A stretch of 63,205 bases of DNA, counting the filler, from Reclinomonas americana ATCC 50394 (Eukaryota): NCBI GenBank assembly GCA_048213135.1. It is 5 parts of 4 records of this genome, joined end to end, with 100 filler letters (N's around TTAATTAATTAA, not from the genome) between each part and the next. Parts side by side here need not be neighbours in the genome. Positions count along the whole stretch, not along the records: positions 57,208 to 61,751 come from PS015470.1; positions 61,852 to 63,205 come from PS015478.1; 3 more parts are not named here. One strand, given 5' to 3'. Below are positions 57,152 to 63,205 of the stretch, piece after piece (the first letter of the stretch is position 1; every line of letters begins with the position of its first letter). The notes under the pieces were generated by a model. That model was not told the origin of the DNA. It saw only the letters and a program-made list of their open reading frames with translations, and did not search any database. A program made the translations under genes and the position numbers.

Positions 57152-57163
57152 TTAATTAATTAA
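57152..57163. other. Artificial scaffold linker TTAATTAATTAA
   Basis: Same 12-mer within Ns. Confidence 0.9.
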
Positions 57164-57261
57164 NNNNNNNNNNNNNNNNNNNNNNNNNNNNNNNNNNNNN
57201 NNNNNNNCCCCATGCCCGTCACGTGGCGTGTGCTCACCTCCCCCTCTTTTCCCGTGTGCAG

Positions 57262-58709
57262 TGCTGCAAAAGCTGGGCGGCACGGTCGACGACACGGAGC
57301 TGGTGAATGGCATTGTGTTCAAGCAAAAGGCCAGCCACTCGGCCGGTGGACCCAACCGCATTGAGAACGCCAAGATCGGTCTGATTCAGTTCTGCCTCTC
57401 GGCACCCAAGACCGACGTTGCGTGCTGTTTTGGCAGCAGGGAAGAGACGGAGAGAGTTCTCCAGTGGCTTACATGGATGGTGCTTCGCACAGATGGACAA
57501 CTCGGTGATTGTCAGCGATTACCACCAGATGGACCAGATCATGGCCGACGAGCGCAAGTACCTGCTGCGCCTGGTGCGCCACATCAAGCAGACGGGTGTG
57601 TTTGGCGGAGCTCTCATAATGCTGTCGGCATGGGGGACTATTCTTTTTCCTCATTCACGCACAAACACACACACGCAGGCTGCAATGTGCTGCTGATCCA
57701 GAAGAGCATTCTGCGCGATGCCGTGTCACCGCAGTCGCTGGCCTACCTGGCCAAGGCCGGCATCATGGTGATTCGTGATGTGGATCGTACCGAAATTGAG
57801 TTTATTGCCGAGACTCTCGGCTGCATGCCGGCCGCCAACCTGGCGGGCTTCACCGCCGAGAAGCTCGGTCGCGCCAACCTGGTCGAGGAGGTGCCGACGG
57901 GCGAGGGCAAGATTGTGAAGATCACCGGCACACCCGACGCCAGGACCACCTCCATTCTGGTGCGTGGCTCCAACAAGCTGATTCTGGAGGAGGCCGAGCG
58001 CTCGCTGCACGACGCCCTCTGCGTCGTGCGCAGCCTGGTCAAGCGGAGGTACGTTGCTGTGTTGGGCAGGGAGGGAGAAGGGGTGGGGACAATCTCTTCT
58101 TCTCTTTGTGGCTGTTGACGATGAGATTCTTGCTGACACCTCTTCTGAATAACCGTGAGTGATAATGCAAGTGCTGAAACGCGCCTAAGAGAGAGAAAGA
58201 GAAAGAGCGATTGACCCCACCCTTTTCCCCTAGTCTCTTGTCGTGTGCGATAGTCGTGCTGAGTCTTCTTCGCGATTGCGCAGGTTCCTGATCACTGGCG
58301 GCGGTGCGCCGGAGATGGAGCTGTCGGTGCAGCTGCAAAAGTGGGCCAAGACCCTCCCTGGCATGGACTCGTACTGTGTGCGCGCCTACGCCGAGGTTTG
58401 TGTTTGCGGGAGATTTCATGCAGTGGTTGGTTGCCTACTCACCTCTGTTGCGCACAGGCCTTCGAGGTCATCCCGGTGACACTGGCTGAGAACGCCGGCT
58501 TGCACCCGATTTCGATCCTCACCGAGCTTCGCGCAAGGCACGTGGAGGGCGACAAGGCCGCCGGCATCAACGTGAAGCGTGGCCGTGTGACGAGCATGGT
58601 CGACGAGCACGTGCTGCAGCCGCTGTTGACGAACATCTCGGCCGTCAACCTGGCCACCGAAACCGTGCGCATGATCCTCAAGATCGACGACATTATTGTG
58701 GTGCCTTAA
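57262..58709 (+). CDS. CCT4: T-complex protein 1 subunit delta, 5'-truncated
   Basis: [77 protein letters not shown]. Confidence 0.95.
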
Positions 58710-58871
58710 GAGAGGAGCGTCGGTGAGAGGGAGAGCGACGTCGATGGCAGACGGGGGTGAGAGAGCGAGAGAGCTGAGAGTAAAGACAACGAAAAAAATC
58801 TTTCACACGAAGGTTGATTGTAGTTAGCCAGCTCTACCGCCTTCATTCTTCGTCTCTCGGTCTCTAACTCC

Positions 58872-59606
58872 TCACACATTGTCTCTCAGAAGCACAACAG
58901 CACACAGCACCAGGAGCACGACTGCGACCAGTGGAACGATGGCGAAGCAACCTGCTCCCGTCAATGAGCCACGCTGCAGTACTAATTCAACGGGTGATAC
59001 GGCAGGTGTTACCCCGCACGCAAGCTGAGAAAGCACGTTCAACAGCCGAGTACGAAGCGGTGGACCACGACAGCTCGATTGTGTGGAGCACTGCACGAGA
59101 GGAGGATGCACATCAACATCTCCTGGTGCCCTCACCGCCCACAGCAGCATCCACACCTGCACGATATTGTCTTCCACACCTGGCGGATACTTCCAGTGCC
59201 GAACGAGTAACACGGGCCGTCGAGAAACGACAAAAAGTGCCACGTCGTGGTCGGCTTGCAAGGCGTCTAGGTCACTCTGATCAAGCACGCTTCGTAGGTC
59301 TGACAGCACTTCCTCCAGCTCGGGCGCGCTGCGGCAGCTGGTGAGTGTACTGTCGCCAACGTCAACTTGGAATCGACAAGGCTTCGTCATCGGTGCCATC
59401 AGCAGCTCCCGAGACTGGTAGTCAGCGAGTAGTGTTATCCGTGTTGTCTGCTGCACAAGGAGCATTCGACGAACTCGCGCATCCGAATGCAGACTGAAAA
59501 CCGACAGAAACTGGCGCCACAGCCCAGCTTGCGATATCGGATCCGGATTGCCGCCTCTCGCCAGGTCAGGTAAGTTACCGAGGGGTAACTTCCCTTCACT
59601 GCTCAT
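58872..59606 (-). CDS. Orphan protein (about 244 aa) with C-terminal transmembrane anchor
   Basis: Uninterrupted frame from ATG 59606 (MSSEGKLPL) without the microsatellites typical of local introns; ends CFAIVPLVAVVLLVLCAVVLLRDNV. Confidence 0.6.
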   Translation of the reverse strand: MSSEGKLPLGNLPDLARGGNPDPISQAGLWRQFLSVFSLHSDARVRRMLLVQQTTRITLLADYQSRELLMAPMTKPCRFQVDVGDSTLTSCRSAPELEEVLSDLRSVLDQSDLDALQADHDVALFVVSRRPVLLVRHWKYPPGVEDNIVQVWMLLWAVRAPGDVDVHPPLVQCSTQSSCRGPPLRTRLLNVLSQLACGVTPAVSPVELVLQRGSLTGAGCFAIVPLVAVVLLVLCAVVLLRDNV

Positions 59607-59667
59607 GTTGTATACGTAACATGAGAGCAAACCCCACAGAATGTTGCAAGAGAGCAGCGAGCTCCAC

Positions 59668-61356
59668 TTACTGGAATCGGGCAATGAGACGCTCGGCGCT
59701 GAGGTGATTTCGCACGGATGCAAAGCTGAACATGTAATCCTGCAGTGCCGACGATTCAACCAACAGCTCGTGCGTACTGCACTACAGAGCATGGACTCAA
59801 ACCTTGTCCAGCACCCGGTGCCAGTCGAAAGCGTCGCTCGACAACAGCGGGGGGAGATGAGCCCTCAGTGCCTCCACGAGCACTTGCACGACCCTCAGCC
59901 GAAGACCGGCCAAGGTGGACGCCAGTGACGCCTGTTGAAGTCCAACAACGATCCACCCGTCGTGCATGGCATGTGCGGGATTCAAATAGCCGTTGACCAC
60001 AGCAGCGTACGGCGACTCGGCCTCCGGCACCCACACGGCACCCTCGTACCGCGACGCAAACACGATGCCCTCGTTGCCCGGCAGGAAGAGATTGTTGTCT
60101 TGCCAGTGGTCACACACAAACATCGCTGCCTCGTGCAGTGCCTCGGTGAGAGAGAGCACCGGTGCCATGCTCTGTGCCGCCCACTGTGCTCGCGATCGGC
60201 AACAGCACCCACAGAGTGAGTCGGGAGTTCACGAAAGCATGCGCAGGAGGAGCTGAGCAGTCCGGCATACTTGCCTTGTAGAGCAACGCTTCCAGATGCA
60301 CGCTCTTGAACGGAGTCTTGAGAAGGCCGCCCAGTATCTCGAAGTTCATGCACTTGTTCCAGTGCTTCAGCAGCCGGATCACCTCGCGCACCAGTGGCTG
60401 CTGCGCTCGTGTCGCTTCCAGCTTGTCCGTGTGCTCGGGAGGATGCGTGGGCACCCACCGAATGTAGTGCTCGTTCATAACAGCAGGAAGCCGTGTACGG
60501 CAGTCACTCGGGTGCACAAACACGGGCACGAAGTCTGCGTCGACTTGTANNNNNNNNNNNNNNNNNNNNNNNNNNNNNNNNNNNNNNNNNNNNGTCGCAT
60601 TATTGGAATGTGGTGAATGAAGTGTTTTGTTTTTGTTAACTGGTGACTTGGGCGAGGCTGCTGACCGAGTGAGCGCCAACAGAAGCCTGCGCTGTGGAAC
60701 ACACGGCGCCCACTATACCTTGCATGCCCAGCCGAAGTTCCACAGAAGCTCGACGGCAAACTGGGTCGGAACATCGCCAAACTTGAACACGTGCACGATC
60801 CGGATCCTGACATCAACATGAGACTGCAGAGCACGAGACTGCAGAACAATCCACACACAGACACACATGCATGCACGCGCATGTATGCACACGCGCGCAA
60901 GCACACACAGCACGCACACGCGCTCTCTCGCCACCACGATGGTGATTTCGGAAAAACGCACCTGCAGCGACGCACATGCGATGACAACGGGGAATGCTCG
61001 ACCAAGAAAGGCGTTGAACTCGGCAGCAAAGCGTGCGACACCAGTGGCGTCGCGCTGAAGCACACTCCACACCTCCGACGCGCGTACGAGCCGTGCATCG
61101 TGACAGTGAAATCCAAGTCACACAACGGATTCCCAGTGGGCGAGCGCACCGCTGTTCCCCTGGTCGCAGAGCCAGTGGCGGCGATATCCAGGATCTGGAA
61201 TGGAGGTGGCAACGAAACTCCACAGCGCTCTGCATTCTCGAGCTCCAGCAGCAGCTGCTGTGTGACGACGCGTGCAAAGTGAACGAGGCACAGCCGCTGG
61301 CGTTTTGATGGTGTGATGCGTTTCAGATGGGCGCGCAGAACGGCTTCAGCGCTCAT
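59668..61356 (-). CDS. cGAS/OAS/CD-NTase (SMODS)-like nucleotidyltransferase, intron-containing, one small gap
   Basis: TGSATRGTAV...CDLDFTV (GS...DxD), VDADFVP (third Asp), WVPTHPPEH, VIRLLKHWN, KSVHLEALL, LFLPGN; middle exons uncertain; ends at 59668 if the last intron (59802-59741) is spliced, otherwise at 59797. Confidence 0.8.
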
Positions 61357-61465
61357 TTTACAGTAGAGTTGGCGGGAGAGGCAGTGTCCCCTCTGTCCTG
61401 CAGCGCTCGAAGAGCCGCTTCATATTGTGTCCAATTTCAGAGCGGAAGGGCCCGCCGCCGCCTCC

Positions 61466-61751
61466 ATGGACCCGCCGGCTGTCATCCGCACCGTGACCGC
61501 CTGGCTACGTGAACGCGGTGCGCATCATCGACCGCACACACACACACACACACACGCATCATTCCACAACTCACTCTCATGCATGTTCGGCAGGGGCGAT
61601 CCATGGACTCTTCACGGAACCTGGCGACCAACGCGTCACCAGTGCACTCTTCAAGGCCGTTGCCTGTTGCGTTCCGCGAGCGAGCGCCAGCGCGCGTGTC
61701 TCTCTCTCTCTCTGTGTCTGTACGTGAGTGCATCAGTTGGGAAGGGTCCTC
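61466..61751 (+). CDS. 5' fragment of an unknown gene, divergent from the nucleotidyltransferase
   Basis: ccATGG start MDPPAVIRTVTAWLRER, GT-AG intron, exon GAIHGLFTEPGDQRVTSALFKAVAC, then a GTTGCG donor. Confidence 0.45.
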
Positions 61752-61795
61752 NNNNNNNNNNNNNNNNNNNNNNNNNNNNNNNNNNNNNNNNNNNN

Positions 61796-61807
61796 TTAAT
61801 TAATTAA
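61796..61807. other. Artificial scaffold linker TTAATTAATTAA
   Basis: Same 12-mer within Ns. Confidence 0.9.
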
Positions 61808-61851
61808 NNNNNNNNNNNNNNNNNNNNNNNNNNNNNNNNNNNNNNNNNNNN

Positions 61852-61913
<62 letters not shown>

Positions 61914-62030
61914 ACAACAAAGGGAGAAGAAGCGCATGAAATGAGAAAATGCGCCGAAAGGAACGGAGAAAGGAGGGAGGTAGTGAGTGGCAAGAAAATG
62001 CACGCAGATAATCGTCGAGTGCGACAAACC

Positions 62031-62984
62031 ATCGTAAATTGTCATCGTCTGTGGCTCGCTCACGTGACCCGTGGGATCAGTGGCTGTGATGGTCACTTGC
62101 AGGTTGCCACGCATGGACGTCGCAGACAATACCATCGCATTGTTGGCGATGAGGAGGAACATGTCGGCCAAGGGCGAACTGTCGATCACCGCGAAAGTAA
62201 TCTGCGTTTCCGCATCGTCGTCCGAGGCGGAGAGCACAAAGATCTCGCCGGTGAGATTGTCGCCAGGTGTGTAAGTGTAGTGGTCCAGGGCGATATCCGT
62301 CGGTGCCATGTTTGCTGCGAGACGCACGTGTCAGGAGTCAGGAGCACCTGCAGTTGGTGCAAATAAAGCGAAACCTCAACTGTCAACAACGTCAATCGAG
62401 GCAATCTTCTGATCCTCCGAGTACGGCATCCATGCGGCCACATCAATTGTTGTGTCAAACACGATACCATCGGATGCCCAGTACACCGACACGCCGTCTT
62501 CGCTGAGAAAAAACACCTCCGTGTTGCGGAGAGTGTACGAGTAGTTGGGCGGAGTCAGCTGGCACACGAAGTTGCCGTAGACAGACGGCGAGTGGTATGT
62601 GGCGGGAGTGGGGATGCATCCGATTCCTGCAAAGAGTGGACGAGAAAGAGATAAGGAGACGCACTCACCGAAGGCAAAAGAAACAAACGCACCTTCCTCC
62701 ACGTTAAAAATAACAGTGGTCGCGGGAATGGGTTGGGTTGCGTCATACACCGTCACACGTGGATACAGCGTGCCACCCACTTGATAGTCGATGTTCCAGA
62801 TCAGCTGGTTATTGCCAGGTCCGCCCAATACCAGCTGACCGCCGTACGCATCGATGACGAAAGTTGGTGTGTAGGGTACCGTTGATGTGACCGTTAGAGT
62901 GCACAACACAGCACCGAGGACCGGCGGTGGCACATATGTAGTCGACGGCAGGCACTCGAGTGTAGGCGCTGGAATGTCCACAAC
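62031..62984 (-). CDS. Internal exons of a surface protein with cadherin-like Ig-fold repeats
   Basis: APTDIAL...LSASDDDAETQITFAV...LQVTITATDPTG; upstream repeats with IDY..PRVTVYD; both ends missing. Confidence 0.6.
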
Positions 62985-63040
62985 TGGTGACACAAGAACA
63001 TGTGAGTGCGGGCGAACGCACAGCGTGAAGAAACGCACGC

Positions 63041-63075
<35 letters not shown>

Positions 63076-63084
63076 GAGGAGGAC

Positions 63085-63116
<32 letters not shown>

Positions 63117-63205
63117 GCTAGTCGACGACGACAGTAGAGGAGGAAGAAGAAGAAGGAAGGAACGAAACGAAACGAAACGTAACGGACGGAAGAAGGAAGG
63201 AAGGG

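Overview
Intron-rich, GC-rich nuclear DNA of a unicellular eukaryote, probably a heterotrophic flagellate (inference from an axonemal dynein LC4-like gene and a CEP112-like gene). The draft scaffold has many N gaps and four artificial TTAATTAATTAA linkers. I reconstructed about 22 genes or gene fragments by hand-splicing: TRIP13/PCH2, a MinC homologue with a mitochondrial-type presequence, GH1 beta-glucosidase, DGAT2-family acyltransferase, malate dehydrogenase, MROH1-like HEAT protein, MORN/U-box protein, SVOP-like MFS transporter, LYR protein, NAGPA-like glycosidase, alanyl-tRNA synthetase, a degenerate Rho GTPase fusion, a large GH9-CBM3-EGF-CBM2 cellulase, a DUF4485/CEP112-like protein, RabGGTase beta, an EF-hand dynein light chain, CCT4, a cGAS/OAS/CD-NTase-like nucleotidyltransferase with an adjacent tail-anchored orphan ORF, and a cadherin-like fragment. 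Highlights: (1) an intron-containing CBASS/OAS-type nucleotidyltransferase next to a membrane-tailed orphan; (2) a very frequent 5' splice-site class GTTGCG(T) that looks like the normal donor shifted by one base; (3) a bacterial-type mitochondrial division protein MinC; (4) extreme gene compaction (3-63 nt between some genes). Several genes are split across contigs that are out of order or inverted. Exon boundaries and family calls come from motif recognition by eye, not from database searches.
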